Of a stretch of DNA of 64,000 nt, positions 1 through 41,532 are shown piece after piece; the stretch's first letter is position 1; each line of letters opens with the position of its first letter. Source of the DNA: Tubulanus polymorphus (Eukaryota; Animalia; Nemertea). The position numbers were made by a program, and so were the translations under genes. The stretch lies in contig NC_134032.1 in NCBI RefSeq assembly GCF_964204645.1, positions 10,652,275-10,716,274 on the forward strand, given 5' to 3'. Under the pieces are notes generated by a model. The model made no database searches. It saw only the letters and a program-made list of their open reading frames with translations, and had not been told where the DNA came from.

Positions 1-295
1 TATAGGAAAAGGTTATTAGGAAATAAGAATGACACGGAATGTTCAAAATATCTTTCTGAATAGTTTTTGTTATCTCACAGAAAATTGATTTTCTATGAGG
101 AATATCTTTACAGAGAATTTTCTGGCTCAACCATCATCAATCAATAAATTGTTCAAACTGAATACTTATCTTGCATTTGTGAATAGTTTATAGTTCTACG
201 GTCGATTGCTCAGTTTTTTACTGCATTTTCTTGTGACTTTTGAAGATGAAGATGTAACTGTAATTAATTCGTTTGTAATACTCTGGCTTTTTAAG

Positions 296-1653
296 GTGGT
301 GATGTAACGAAATATGACGGAGTTTACTCCAGATATTTTACGGATGTTACTGGTACGGGTCGTTACGGAGTTAGTATCAAGGCAATGCCGCCGCCTAACG
401 GAACTGTCGTTATGAAAACGACTAAATTCTACCCTTCAGCGCCGGAGAAGGTCGACCCCGATAACCCGGGTATGTAGGCCTAACAGTATATTGGGATATG
501 TTAAAAAGTTTAAAATCTGCTGAAAAGTTTAAGAGTACAATTCAGGTTGCTTTTTGTAGTTAAAGGTAGATGACCTATTTCATAGATTTTCAGCAATTAC
601 TTCAAGATACCTATTCATTTGAATCAATATGCAAATAAATAAGAGATTTTATTCCAGTGCTGCCGCCTATCATCAAAATAGAAAGGTACGAGTTAGTTCA
701 AATGAACGCCAGTAGGGTGGTGACCCCGGGGGCGTTTGAAGTAAAGGACGGAACTTCGAGGAAAGTAACCAAACCGCTATCGTTGGACAAATGGCTGGAA
801 CGGATGCCCGACGGGCATAAAGACAAAATGTCGCCGGCCAGAATAACGGATTTGATGGCGATAAAGACGTCGGAGAAAAACAGTACAGTCAGACTACAGT
901 GGACGGCTACAGGCGATGACTTCGATCAGGGAACAGGTAACTATCCGGTGCTCACTTCTTAAAACTTTCGTGAGAATTAGCTGATAAGAGCTAGTAGACG
1001 GAGAAACGAGGTATCATTTCTTTAGCCCAATTATTTGAATAGAATTATTTGTTTTTCTTTTCTAATTTCTAGCCACAAAGTACGAGATTTACACCGGAAA
1101 CTCGTTCCAACATTTATACAAAAACTCTTCACGCGCGAACTTAGTGTCGCCAGAACAAATCCTCGAAGGGAACCTCAGCGCGCCCTCTATCGCCGGCGAA
1201 ATGGAACACGTGACTATACAGGTACGACGCGTAGGCGGCGTCAAGTCGACGCACGCGTTCAAAGTTCGTGCGGTCGACGACGCCGGAAACGTCGGTGAAT
1301 TTTCGAACATCGTCTCGGTCGGTTTGGGTTCGGTTCCCGATTTATATCGCCATATCCGGGCCGTGTTCGACATGGCCGAGAACAGCACATCGATCGAGGC
1401 CAGCTACCAGGCGTTAGAGTCGAAAATCGCTGAACAAAATACTCACAAATTCCGCGGATTGGAATTCTACCCATACAATCCGGCCGGGTTACTGCTCGGA
1501 TTGTTCTTTCCGATTATCGTACTCGTGGTGTTAGTCGCTATATTCCACTACCGCAAAACCGGAAGTTTGACGGCGTCGTGTAGTTACATTTATCAGCAGA
1601 CGAACACTAGCGACCTTGACCCGGTTACGCCTGACGTTGCGAATACCGTCTGA
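296..1653 (+). CDS. 3' part of a CLCA-family (calcium-activated chloride channel regulator-like) gene; exons 296-469, 658-936, 1073-1653; 5' exons lie outside the window
   Basis: AG/GT-bounded, phase-1 compatible exons translate to GDVTKYDGVYSRYFTDVTGTGRYGVSIKA, SPARITDLMAIK..VRLQWTATGDDFDQGTATKYEI and FKVRAVDDAGNVGEFSNIV. These match the CLCA C-terminal DGVYSRYFT and FN3-like (PP.RITDL..WTAPGDD.D.G) signatures. A hydrophobic TM segment (LLLGLFFPIIVLVVLVAIF) precedes the stop at 1651-1653. Confidence 0.88.
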
Positions 1654-2521
1654 TCGACAGAAGCAATAGTGATTTCCGCGTTGTTGTTGTTTTTTTGGTA
1701 TATGAAAACGTAATTGTGACGAAAGCTGTGATATGTAAATTTGACTGGTGGGGCCGCCTCGAATTCAGATAACCTGTAGTGCCCTCTGATGGGCATTACA
1801 TTAACACTAGGGGAAGTATGAATGGAGCTCTGTACAACGTAATTGTTCGTGTGGATGGCGTTTAGATTGAATGTTGAAAAAGTCAGATGGTTTGCATAAG
1901 CTTACAATATGAGGCGCTGACCTAGTTGAGGAGCCATATATCGAACGAGTTACCAGTGACAGTAAGATCGAGGCATTATGACAAGGATTAATCGATTAAT
2001 ACTTGACCCAACCGTGAACTGAGATCATTGCCCAATTTGGTCAAATGTCATTCTTTTTTAATCGTGAAAACATTATCCACAAATGGCGAGATTACTTAAG
2101 CCCTGTAACACATGCCCGTGACGTCATATCGGAAGCGTTTTTGCGTCGTTGTGTGGCGCAGATGAAATTATTTTACTCAAGATTTACAGGGTATCTTCAC
2201 TTACATGAGACATAGAATGTGAACAATTTGTACGTCTTTAACTTATAGCGGGCTTAAAATCGTATTGCGAGTTGGACTTTCAGAATAATACATACATTCG
2301 ATTAAAGTTTAGTGTAATATGTATAATTAGTGCCAAACTGTTCGTCTGTCTGTCTGTCATCGCTGTCTACAAGAATAACGAAATGGCGCATCGTGAACCT
2401 ATAACACTATAATTTTGAAAAAGATGTTTCTCGAATATCTTATTAACTGTATGAAATTATGTTTTATGTAGCAAAATCGTTTCGGTTTTATTTGTTTTTA
2501 TCATCGGGACAGCGAAAGGTG

Positions 2522-3903
2522 TTCCCCATCTTCCGTGTCTCAGTCTTCGCCGGGCGCAAGAGTTCCGCCTTCTGTATTTTCTTTTTTCCGCGTGCCAGGG
2601 ATCTTGGTCCCTAATGACTGACTCTTGTAAATTTCACCCAGTCCTGGCAGTGGTTGCCTCCGTCGCTCTACGATCCGAGAGTTCCCACGAAGGCAAAGTC
2701 AGATTTCTCTCGGCGGGCCTTTTAACAAGTTTTTTCGACCACACCTTTCACGGCGTCCTTAACACCACTATTCCGGATGACAGATCCTCGTCTCACGGGA
2801 GGGGTGCATAAATCAAAAAGGTATTCTGGCCTGTACGCCCCAGAAATCCATTGAAATCAGCGATCTCGCGTACAGCTCTCACTTCCGCTGACCACCAAAT
2901 CTGACTACCAGGGGCGCCTCAATTACTTTTTCAGACTTGAAAATAAAAATAAAGATATAGATTCGTTTGTCATAGTGAGCGACACAAATGTGGTACTTGC
3001 CATGATTTTGCAAACGTCTGTGAGGACTTTAGGAGATGTATATGGTGTTACCAATGTAGCCTCTTGGAGCCAGTGCAATGCATACATTCTTTGCGGAACC
3101 GAAATAAGAACCTACGAAGCAGTACAAGGCAGATCTTTACAAGGATTCAATTGGTCAATTTTGGTAGAAACACTATTTACAAATGACTTCGAAAGTTTAT
3201 ATCAGAAAATCAAGAGAGTCAATTTTTTATTGGATCTTAAAATCTCAAAAATTTTAAAAATCTCAACGATGCAGGGACATTTATGGTGGCTGAATAGGGC
3301 CAAGTAAGAAAACTTCGTGCAATACGCCACGCCACGTATCGTTTACGGTTTTTATGTCGCACAAAAGCGAAAATCACCAAGCAGAAGCGAACCTTCGTTC
3401 CTGCGTCTGTTTCGAAGGGAACTCGACTGTCAAAATGTTCGTTTCATCGTTCGGAAAATGTTTCTTACATGGCCCTAATTAGCCACCATATCCAATGCAT
3501 GAAATACAAGAGCAGCGCGAGGATTTTTGGCAGGGCACAAAAGTAATCGCGAAGGGCATCCCGACGTGGCGAAGTTTTAGCTTGTTGGGTTCTCTTTGCT
3601 TTCACGCCTGCCGAGGTGGTGGCTCAGACGTATTCCCCATCTTCCGTGTCTCAGTCTTCGCCGGCCAAAGAGACTCCGCCTTCTGTATTTTCTTTTTCCT
3701 CGTGCCAGGGATCTTGGTCCCTAATGACTGACTCTTGTAAATTTCACCCAGTCCTTGCAGTGGTTGCCTCCGTCGCTCTACGATCCGAGAGTTCCCACGA
3801 AGGCAAAGTCAGATTTCTCTCGGCGGGCCTTTTAACGGAAGTTTTTTCGACCACACCTTTCACGGCGTCCTTAACACCACTATTCCGGATTATAGATCCT
3901 CGT
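2522..3903. repeat. ~270-bp direct repeat pair (2522-2791 and 3633-3903)
   Basis: Both copies run from ttccccatcttccgtgtctcagtc to agatcctcgt with few substitutions or indels; the ORF track gives near-identical peptides at 2614 and within 3616. Confidence 0.9.
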
Positions 3904-4991
3904 TAGAAGGTCTCTGTAACGATTTATTAGAATTGATTGAATCTAGCTGGAAATAAGCTTTGTTTCCATCGAAAAATGAATGAAGTTCGCCCCCAAATTA
4001 TTGGGTTGAACGGTGACAGTCTGCGGAGTTCCTCCTAATTAACCGGAGACATCCCTCACCGCATCCGTATTAAATAAACGGATAAACACCGGATGGTGGT
4101 GCCCTCTGCGGATGGTGCCCTGGTAAGCGAATTATGCGGAAATGAATGACGGGGAAAACCGCTATCGAAAACAATGAATTAATTCGCCTGAAATTACTCG
4201 GATTAGACTTAAAACATTAACTGAAATTGATGAGGATTAAATGGTTAGTAGATTAGCGTTAAAAGTTCTTTTAATTATCGTTTGAATTGTCGACAATTTC
4301 TGGGTTTGCTTCGAAATTCGAATTGACATTTTTATTGGGGGCTTGCGTTGCGGCCGCGGGTATTGCGTAATGCTTGTTTTTGCGTAAATCATGAGTCCAT
4401 TGATTTAAATTCTAACGATAAATGTCATCATTTATATCAACATATGTAGAAAACTGGAACTATATAGGGACCATTTATTTATTACGTAAATTCCGATTTT
4501 TATCGTCGCATTGCTGGATCGGTAGTTTGTGGTTTCACTTTCTTTCAGGAATTCCTGGTACAATAGACATATTAGCGATCTTACGTGTCTTGGATGCCTC
4601 TGCTTCTTAGCGTTGCAGATGTTGGGCAACAGGTCTTTCAAATCGAGATAGTACCTACAATCATTCGACGACCCCCTCCTCCGGTAAAGACTTACTTATA
4701 TGCATCAGACATAACCCACCTCCCGCAAACAAATGATCCCATTGAGACAAAAAATCTCTTAAGAAATAGATTTCGTCAGTGTTTTGTTGTGGACATATTC
4801 TTGATGTTTTCATTTTTGTTGCTTCCAGTTTTTGACGGGTATCGAATTTGGTTAAATGAATCGAGCAGAACATAAAGGAGTCTGATGCCTCCGAAGTAAG
4901 GTAAGATATACCGCTACATGACACAAGAGTCTTTGTAGCAACGATAATCCCAAATTCACAGATGACCCCTTGCACTCGCGCTCCCGGTTTT

Positions 4992-5263
4992 CAGGCGCGG
5001 ATCCAGATGCCTTTTTTTCTGGGCCAATTTTTTTGAAACATTTTTTATATAGTTTCACAGTTGCCATAATGTAGGAAAGAAGTCCAAGGATGCCCTGAAA
5101 AGTCACTAAAATCAGTAGATTTTCCAAAATTTCTTGGTGGAGGGCCCAGACCGCTGTAGTACAGTCTTTCCACCTTCAGTGCTCGCACAGTCCTGTTTAT
5201 GAAAAGTAGTTGCCCTTTTTCCCACACCCCGTCCCCCTTTGAAGAAATCCTAGATCCGCCCTG
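4992..5263. mobile_element. MITE with CAGG(G/C)GCGGATCC...GATCCGCCC(C)TG termini; related copies at 46341-46581 and 56514-56774
   Basis: Short inverted termini caggcgcggatccag / ctagatccgccctg; similar termini recur twice inside the MULE. Confidence 0.65.
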
Positions 5264-6689
5264 GTTTTTTTCACAGGTTCACAGTAGAAATATCTTTAAG
5301 GCTTTTTACTGAGGTGAAAACTGTTCTAGTTGTTTAGGTTTTCTCATGATAATTTGCTCTCATCTGATTCGAACCATATTTTCTCGAATCTAAAAAACCA
5401 CATCGGATATTTTCCGACAGTCCGACAACCGACCACAAAATAGGATGAGAGTAAAAATGTTTGTCTGCGGTAAGTAGGAAGGTAAAACCGTCACCGCGCT
5501 GCTGTGTGGTCACCTTTTGTCTGTTATCTACACGTACTTCCTATATTTCTCATGTTATGTTCGCTCATAAATCAGGCATCTGTTATAAGAGTATTTCTCT
5601 TCTGGTTGAGCTTAGAAATAACGCTAGTTTTTCCATTATGAGTACAGCCTCCTGGCTAGCCCATTGTCCTTTCCCCATTTTAAAAATTATCTGATGCTGT
5701 ATTTATAAAATTGTAAAAATCTTATTGTAAAAAGAAATAAAGAAATATCATTATTATTCTACTACTGCCTGTCATCACCTGCTCTCCGCGCGATGTGTCT
5801 TCCGTAATTTCCTAAATAATTAGAGCATCTGAGTGTATTATGCATGAATGTGTCTGGTGAGGATTTTGCCTCGCGAAATGAATTATGAATTCAAATAAAA
5901 AACATTCGCTCATTAACTCTGAAATACTGAGATCAACGTTAGTCAGAGATAGATTCCCCCCTGAAATTGTACCATTTTTTGTAAACAAAGCGCCTTTAAA
6001 TGATCGGGTACTTAAAATTTTGGATTATAAGTTCTTTTTGTCGATAGAATTTTGGGATTTCATTATTTCACAATCAGTGAGAATTCGTACAATCTGTCAG
6101 CGTTTTCGATATGAATATTTTTCTACGAAAACGTGAATTTTTTGCGGTATTTATCGTTCGTAATAACCATAACGGACGAAATTTCATCGACATCGACCCG
6201 ATTGTTATTGAATCGAAGACGAACCCGTTAGGCCTATCATTCATGATTATGAATTCACGCGCAGTAGGTGGGCGGGCAGGCGGTCGTCTATAGAACGAAA
6301 TTCTACGTACGTATTACAGCCCGATAAAATTCAAGCGCGCGGCTTTATTTATAAACATACCAGTACACTGACAGTACAAGCGGTGATTGTTGTTTTCAGC
6401 GCGTCTGCTGCTAGGAAAATATGACTGTGCGATCTCATTATCAACGCGGCCACATTACACCCTGTATCTATTAATGCGTTAGACGACTGAGCTTCGCCTG
6501 GCTGCGGCGAGTGAGTTCTCCATTCATTCAGACACGACGCGACGAGATCCATTCAGAACGTCGAACGTCTAAGCAGTAAGAGTCGACTCTCACTACTCTC
6601 TCTCTCCGTCTGACGAAGAAGACTTGTTACTAGTTGATCGGACTATAGGACTAAATCGATTCATTTTAGATTACGTTTTAATTACGGTT

Positions 6690-33975
<27,286 letters not shown>

Positions 33976-36900
33976 TCATCAGCGCCGGCGACAGACGGAC
34001 GATAGAATATCATAAACGAAACGAAAAAAAAAAAAATGACCGCGGCATCGGTCGGAATCGAGGAGAAAATGTTTTAGGAAAATTAAAGATAAAGCAATTT
34101 CTACTGTAAACAGAAGGTTTTCCGACCGCTAAATCGCGACATATCAACCCAGAAAAAAGGACGGCCGCTTTTTCCGTGTAAAAAGCTTCGCGCTGGCGGA
34201 TTGACAAGCTTTCTTCGAGCTGAAACTTCAATGGTGCTTTTAATAAACTATACTTGTGTCTCATTCGATGTGCATTGACAAAAGACATTGACGATTATAT
34301 TTGTTGCCTCGCACTTGTAAATTATGCGATCCAGCCTCCCGGACTCGGAAGTAGAATAATCAACTGAGGCGCCATCCTTTGGCGATATTACCGATACCGA
34401 AATACGCGCCAGGCCTCTTGTTCTGAGAATAAATTCTCGGTGGACTGGGAAAAGTTATTCGCCTGTTACAGGATGTGTAGGATTAAGCCCATCCTTCCTT
34501 GGCAGGGATTGGAACCTGATGGCATAGCTACACTCAGCCACGGCACGAAACCCTGCCACACTAGACCGGGTGCGCAGGTTTGCTGCAAATATCTTGTGGT
34601 ACCAATCAGATTGCCAGTTTTACAATCGCTGAGGCAATAAAGTAAACTATAAATGAAAAAGAAGGGCTAGAATAAAACGGGTTTTCTCATTGGCTCAAAT
34701 TACACTCGGTTTAGTGTGGCAGGGTTTCGCACTGTGGTCAGTCTCGACGCCATCAGGTTTGAATCCCTACCAGAGGGGGGATGGATTAAGCCAAGCGCAC
34801 AGTCGTGACAGTGTGTTGAATTTTGCGAGTAAAATTATGGATGGCTCTGCGAAAGACTTAGTGCGCTAAAAGTACTGGGTACATGTTCTTGCCGAAATAA
34901 CTGCAACCAGGTTGAAAACTTTGCGCGAAATCGGTATTTCAGAGATCAAATTGGTCTGTGCTAAAGCGCGTACGAGTTGCGCGAAGTGTAGCGTTGAAAG
35001 GTTTCAATTTTGAGAAATCGTTCAGATCCCATTGTTCGTATCTTCCACTGTAAACGTCTGCTTTAAACGTGAATATATTATGCTAATTAAGATCTCTCTC
35101 CGTGTGTGTACGTGTGCGTGTGTTACGCGATTAGAAATTTGGTCCGCGGCTAAAGAAAAATCTTCGAGAAAACGATAACGAAATGCGCTTTCATTCCAAA
35201 CTTTTCGTACGCGTGCGATCGCTGCGACTCCGTGAAAGGGTTGCGTGTGTGTCGAATTTCAGTTTGCTTAGACACAAGCTTAGAAATATATTGAAATATA
35301 TCGAATACGAACTAGAGCAGAAGGTACTTTCCAAGAAAGAAATTCTTTTTTATTAAATACTGCGATCATGACTTATGCTCGTGAACGTTGAATACTTGCC
35401 GTCAGTCGTACATAGAAGTTTCTACGACGTTTAAAAAGTGTGATGTTCTAATATTTCTAGTCAATTCGACTTTAATAATGTTTTTTGCCTCTTTAAAAAC
35501 CAGGACCCCGGCTTCTCAGGAAGTTTATAAGAATTCGGTAGAGTGGATTTTTACTCCGAACTCATGAAACGGATCCTGGTTAAACGGATCGTCGAAATTG
35601 TCATTTCCGCACCTGTAAAAATGCATTTCTCTTATGAACTATGTGTCAAATTTTTCTTTGAAATCGACTTTTTCAGAAAAGATTTCAGCTGCTATTAAAT
35701 CCCTAGATGACACCAAATCAAAATTAGCGTAGTCACTTTATGGCTACAAATGATAGACGGCACTTGATGATGTCATAGGGGGATCTATGGTGCTTTCATG
35801 ACGAATGTATGCATGGGGGTTGGGGGTTGACTGTGTGGCAAAAATTAGCCTCGATATTTGAATCCCTGCAGGGAAGGAATGTGTTTCTAACCATGACTTT
35901 AATGAGCTCAGGAAATCGATGTAGTTTGATTCGTGTAATATTGTTTGCTTGGCTTTTTCAATGTGACCGGCTATATTTTAGGCGTCTACGTCAATCCAGA
36001 GGTAATTTATCTGGCACAGCTTAATCAAGATAACCGACGAGTTCGAAGTCGGAACATACACAAAGTCGTGGAAGTCAAAACGCTTCGTCTGTTTTTCTCT
36101 AAAAAATCATGGATTCTCGAAAAATCGCTAGATTATGTTTTTGCTCTATATCTTGATGTACATGAAAAAGAAACCAAACATTTCTATCACATAAAAAGCA
36201 CCGAACGTTATCAGATCTCGGGGTAATGATTCTGAAAGGCTGCTACAGTCGTTAAAGAGTTGGACATTTTCGATCATAGAGTCGAAATTCCCAATATTGG
36301 TTTCAACTTTGCAGTCAAATTCACCTGGCAACTGTGAGTCAATAACTGTGAAGAAAATACTAACTAGTTCATCCCTACTGCGGTAATGATTGTAACCTTT
36401 ATAAGTCAAATCTAACTTGCAACAGGGGAACTGGGTCCCGACCCCTTGATATATATCTCCTATTAATATATTTATAATAATAATTATTATTATAATTATT
36501 ATCAATATCGTTATTCAAAGCTTTTATATGTAATTTTATAAGATGTTTGCTACATTAACCTCGCTGATTTTCAAACATACTGAGAATTCCGTGCCATTTT
36601 TTCGTTTCTATTGATGACGCAGCATTTTTTCGTACCCGAATTAGAACCGCCATGTTCGGCAATTTTTCTACGCAAAAAAAATAAATGAAACGTATTTCTG
36701 AATTTCGAGGTGATTAGAAAAAGCGATATTTCCTGACCGAGTGACTGCAGCAAAAATCTTTTTCTGTCCCCGAAAAAACTGAAGTTCCACTGTGAGATGA
36801 TATTTTGGGAAATCGTGATCAGAAATATATGGCTTACCTTTCATATGATCATCGTAGTTAGATTAGATTTTGATCAGAAAATGATTCCATTTTGTAAATG

Positions 36901-39101
36901 CGACAAGAGTCTTGTGTGATCGGGTGATGAATGTTTTGATGACGAATGTAAAGATCTTTTTCTTTATTGTATGTTTTTTCTTCTTTTTTTTATTATCATT
37001 GCATTTATGCATTTTTGTTGTTGTGATATTAGTGTGCGTAGATGTTATACCGCAGTGTACTGTTAAAGTTGCGGTTAGGTACAATTCTGAGATATTTCGT
37101 ACTTCTGATGCTATGCTAATAGGCACCATTTTGAGATATCTCTGATCTATGTAAGGCATCACTGTGAGAATATGTATAGTTTCAATGCTATGTCAGGTTT
37201 TGTTTTGATAAAAATAAACAAATGAATCCTTTAAATGGAAATCAATGTACACACAAAATGAATACATACCGTACTTAGGAGATGATTAGCAATAGATTCG
37301 TGTTGGGTACCGTTTTGAGGTATATAGAGCTGATATCTCATAGTTCTGATATATTGTACAAGCAATTGATGTTACATTGACTTATATGGTAACTAGCATA
37401 ACTAGAAGTATAGCCGCGATCGCACGGGCGTTTTTGGCCTCGAACAACTGTTCACACGGGTGCCAAATGTGCCCGTGCCTGTCTGCAGGGACCAATCTAA
37501 GCACTTGTCTGATTGCCCGGGACAAGTATATTCTCATTAGGGCGTGTAGGTTATCATTATCACTTGTCCACCGGGCTAGTGCAATCTAATGTCTCAAAGC
37601 TTTTTTCCCCAATCGATGATTGTGCCACCAATCCCATTGCCTGTGTAGGGCAAGTTTATTTTTGAGAGGGCAAGTGAAATTTCAGACATGCTTGCCTCCG
37701 GGCAAGTGGCTTTATTCCTTAGATCGGACCCTGTGTTTGGCCCAGGCCAAATTTTGCAACTGATATAGCGCTTGAACTATGAGATAATCCAAAATGGCAA
37801 CTGGTAATAACACTGGAACTAGATATCTAGATAACTTGGACTGATAAATACATGATATAAGTTTGTGCAATAGAAAATCCACCCTATATATACATATAAT
37901 ATAGCCCTGAAATCTGCCATCTTTCAATTATATGTTTTGTATTGGTACTTGATGAATAAAATGCTTATTTGTATTGATAAAATGAATGATCCTGGAATGT
38001 GGTGAATGCAGATGATTAGTTATCTTGAATGTTATGAATTGTTATCGATATATAAAAGAAGTATTTTACACAGCGAAATAGCTGTCAATCATGTAAACTG
38101 TAATCAATTTAGCTTTTTGCTTGCTTATCGTTTTAAATAGTAAGATTGCGCAAGGAGCGAATCTTAATCATCTATCGGTGTAATCAGTTTTTAGATAATT
38201 TGATTCAAGAATTTGGATTGTTTAGTTTGCTTTCATTAAGCTGTTGATTGATTTCTCGAGAAAATAATGCAAATGAAGAAGCTGGGGACGCATGTGGCTC
38301 CCCCTCCCGATAGGTTGTTGAACAAATAATATCATTGTATTTTTCTCTTAGACATGAGAAACCCCTACGTCTCGGCACCCGCCCCCACACTGTGAACAAA
38401 ATGGTTTGATTAACTTCAGTTGATTTTTTAATTAAGCTGTGTGAGTAATTCTTGAATGCGTTTTCTTTTTTTTTAAAGTTATGTTATGTGTTTTATTGAT
38501 ACAGCTCTGTATAAAATGCAGGTTAATAAAGATAATAATTATCATTATGGTAATCGTCATACTGAATTTTGATTTAGGTTTTCTTCTATGTAGTTCTCAT
38601 ATATCAGGATCACTCATCAACACCGATACTGGACTTGAACCATTGACTTCCCTTGTTTAGCAGAATTTGAAAAATCATTATCAAATATAGCCACAAAGCA
38701 GCGAATGTGAGTTTTTTCCTGCACAGCCATGCATTGCACATTCAAAAAGATGGGTTTATAGAATTTGTACTGATGGGATTCGAACCTGATGTGGTGACTG
38801 GTCCAACTACGTCAACATATTATGTCCTCCTGAAAATAACTGGCTGTAAGCTGTTGCCGCAGTCGATCAAGAGTCCGAGTCGGCAGTATTCAAGTGGTTC
38901 TGACTGACGCGCGTAGTTGGCACTTCATTTCGGTCGGTTTTCACGGAAAACTGACGCATGCTAACGGTTGTTTTTGTCAGCGTTGAACATAAATTGGGAA
39001 CACTCCTAATTATTCTGGCTTAAAAAAGATTTACGATTTTGAATTTTTTGATATATTACAAAAAACATCGTTTAAATGAATATACACGTATTGATAACTT
39101 T

Positions 39102-39438
39102 CTAATGTCTATTTATTAATTGATGAGACCTGTTTTTCTGGGATATTTTGCTTACTTTTTGGGGTACATACCTCATTTATGTCTTAACAGAATGCCAAAA
39201 ATCGCGGACAACAACTGAATATCCGATATATTTCCAGTTCTGTACCAATTAGATGGATTGGCAAAAAGACTCCTTAAGTCCAATTGAATGAGAGAGAAAA
39301 TCCTCCATTTTGTGAAATTTCTTGAATTTTTACATTGTCACCATGCCTACGAAATGAAGTTATTTTTCTTGTGGGGTCTCAACAACTAAATCAGGGTGGC
39401 GTAGGCATGGTAACAATGTTCAAATCATTATTAGACAT
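39102..39438. mobile_element. Internally deleted copy of the palindromic element at 57078-57624
   Basis: One arm and the centre are near-identical to the reverse complement of 57300-57623, followed by a terminal remnant tagacatt. Confidence 0.85.
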
Positions 39439-39586
39439 TTCATTAGTAAGTACATCATCTACGTTTAACTAACTTACCCAAGCCCTCGACTGCCAGATAA
39501 AGAATCCCTCGACTGCCACAGGAGCATTCTCAACTCACCATATTGATATATGGAAATCGAATTGAATTCTTTACTAAGGATCTAAT

Positions 39587-40049
39587 GATTTTAGTTCAGT
39601 GAAAATCCGCCAGAGGGGTAGAGCATTGAAATGCACTCTAGACCCCAGACATATCTACAAAAACCTTCAGAAATGAAAATACAAGTGTTTTGAAAACGAA
39701 AACATCTCTGAATCCAAAATCTGTACCAATTACTCTTGAATTAAGTAATTTGGCAACGTATAATCTAATCTATAGAGAAACGACTGTATTATCATCTGAT
39801 ACCAGTTTTACCGTTTTCTGGCGTAGAATTTCTATAATTCAGTCGTTTCTAAATAACTTCAAATACGTTACGAAAATAATTACGTTGCCTTAATGATAAA
39901 TTTACGAGTAATATGAATAAGTTTTGAATTCATCGATGCATTCAAAACACTGTTTATTTTCATTTCGGGGGTTTTTCCAATTTTCTCTTGGGTCTAAAGG
40001 GTATTTTGATGCTCTACCCCCTCTGTCGGATTTTCACTGAACTAAAATC
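39587..40049. mobile_element. MITE with long imperfect TIRs
   Basis: gattttagttcagtgaaaatccgccagaggggtagagcat ... atgctctacccctctgtcggattttcactgaactaaaatc. Confidence 0.75.
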
Positions 40050-41532
40050 ACAATACATGCTTTGTGTAGATTCTATACGCAGTTTGATATACGCTATTGA
40101 TTGATCCGAGAGTCCATCCCATAAGCTGAAGAGGATAATCAGGGGTGTCTTGGGTTCAAATCCAGCCTATATATATTGATTCCATCTAGTCCTGATACTA
40201 AAAATGAAAAATGAGGATAGCCAAATGGCCAGGCACGGTCTCTCGCTACTAGATCACAGTTATTTGCTGTCAGAAAAAGTCCAAAATTAGTTAAGGTTCG
40301 AATCGTAATTATTACAGCTTAAAAGAAACCAATTCGATTTGTCTAGTTTATATAGCAGATAATGATAATTTGTTTATTTTCCTTTTTCAACTGATTACAA
40401 ATGATAATATGTATACATTTGTTATTTTCTAAAAGATGTCTTCATGCATAGGTAGAAAAATATACATTTACGTTAATCGAAGAAGTCCCGCAATTCGAAC
40501 GCAAAATAACGCAAAATAAAATATGAATAAATAAGCAAATAAATAAGCAAATATAAGTCGGTTTACCAACCCCGAATATCCATTTGATGTCTTCGCAGCG
40601 TATAGCTGTTTAACAATTCATTTGCGATTCAATGGGGTACTCGTGCCGCTACTGTGGCAATCGAGGTTCGCGAGCGGTTACTCGCGGTCTTCCGCATTCG
40701 ATTTCTTCTACATTTTAATTAAAACCGAATTAACTTTTCTTGAATCAATCAATTATTAATGAAAACTGTACCTATATCTTATTAGAGAAATGAATCCATT
40801 GTATATTTGGAGGGTGCTGTGATGATATACGGATTTGGAAGTCTAAAGATTCGGTTCAAAGTTAATTGAAATAGAACGAATTTTGACAACGTAAGGCCGA
40901 GTGCTATCTGGTGGGATAGCTGGTGTTGTGAGTTCCCCATTTACAACATTACCGTAGTCACAAACGATACTGTACGGCAGCAAGCGGGGGATAGGTTTTT
41001 TTTCATCGAGGATCAAATCTACTTATACACAATGCAAAATCAGAGAAATACCGAAGCGTCCTGGAGACATGAAAAAAGATCTAGATCCAATTCCACAGTT
41101 GTGAGTTAGAGTTAACTCTGAGCTAAAATTAGTTCATTTTCAATTAGTTAAAGTTAAATCTTAACTCACAGTTGTGAAACTGGGTCCTATAGTATTATCT
41201 ATGAATTGGAAAAACGAATTCAGTTTTTTTGATGAGATATAACTTGTAAGAAACTCGATTTTACACTTGAAGTACAGATCTTAAATATGATCATTTGGGC
41301 ACGATGAAAATTTTAGGGGCGGTTCGGTCGCTCTGTCTGCCATTGGGAAAAATATTATATACTGCAATTGCTTTATCGAGTTTCTGACGAGTTATATCTC
41401 ATTAAAAAATTAAAACATGAATTCGATTTTTTAAATTGATAACTCATTTATTCATTTTTCTTTCCGCACGTCCCCAGGACGCATGCGTAGATGAATATAT
41501 TATCATCGAATGTGTTACCCAATAAGATTGGT

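Noticed and set aside
2522-3903. LTR pair of a small retroelement (TRIM)
   Set aside because: No TG...CA ends, PBS, PPT or TSD found.
35809-36505. Short ORFs in the intergenic region between the convergent genes
   Set aside because: No recognisable motifs or consistent exon chain.
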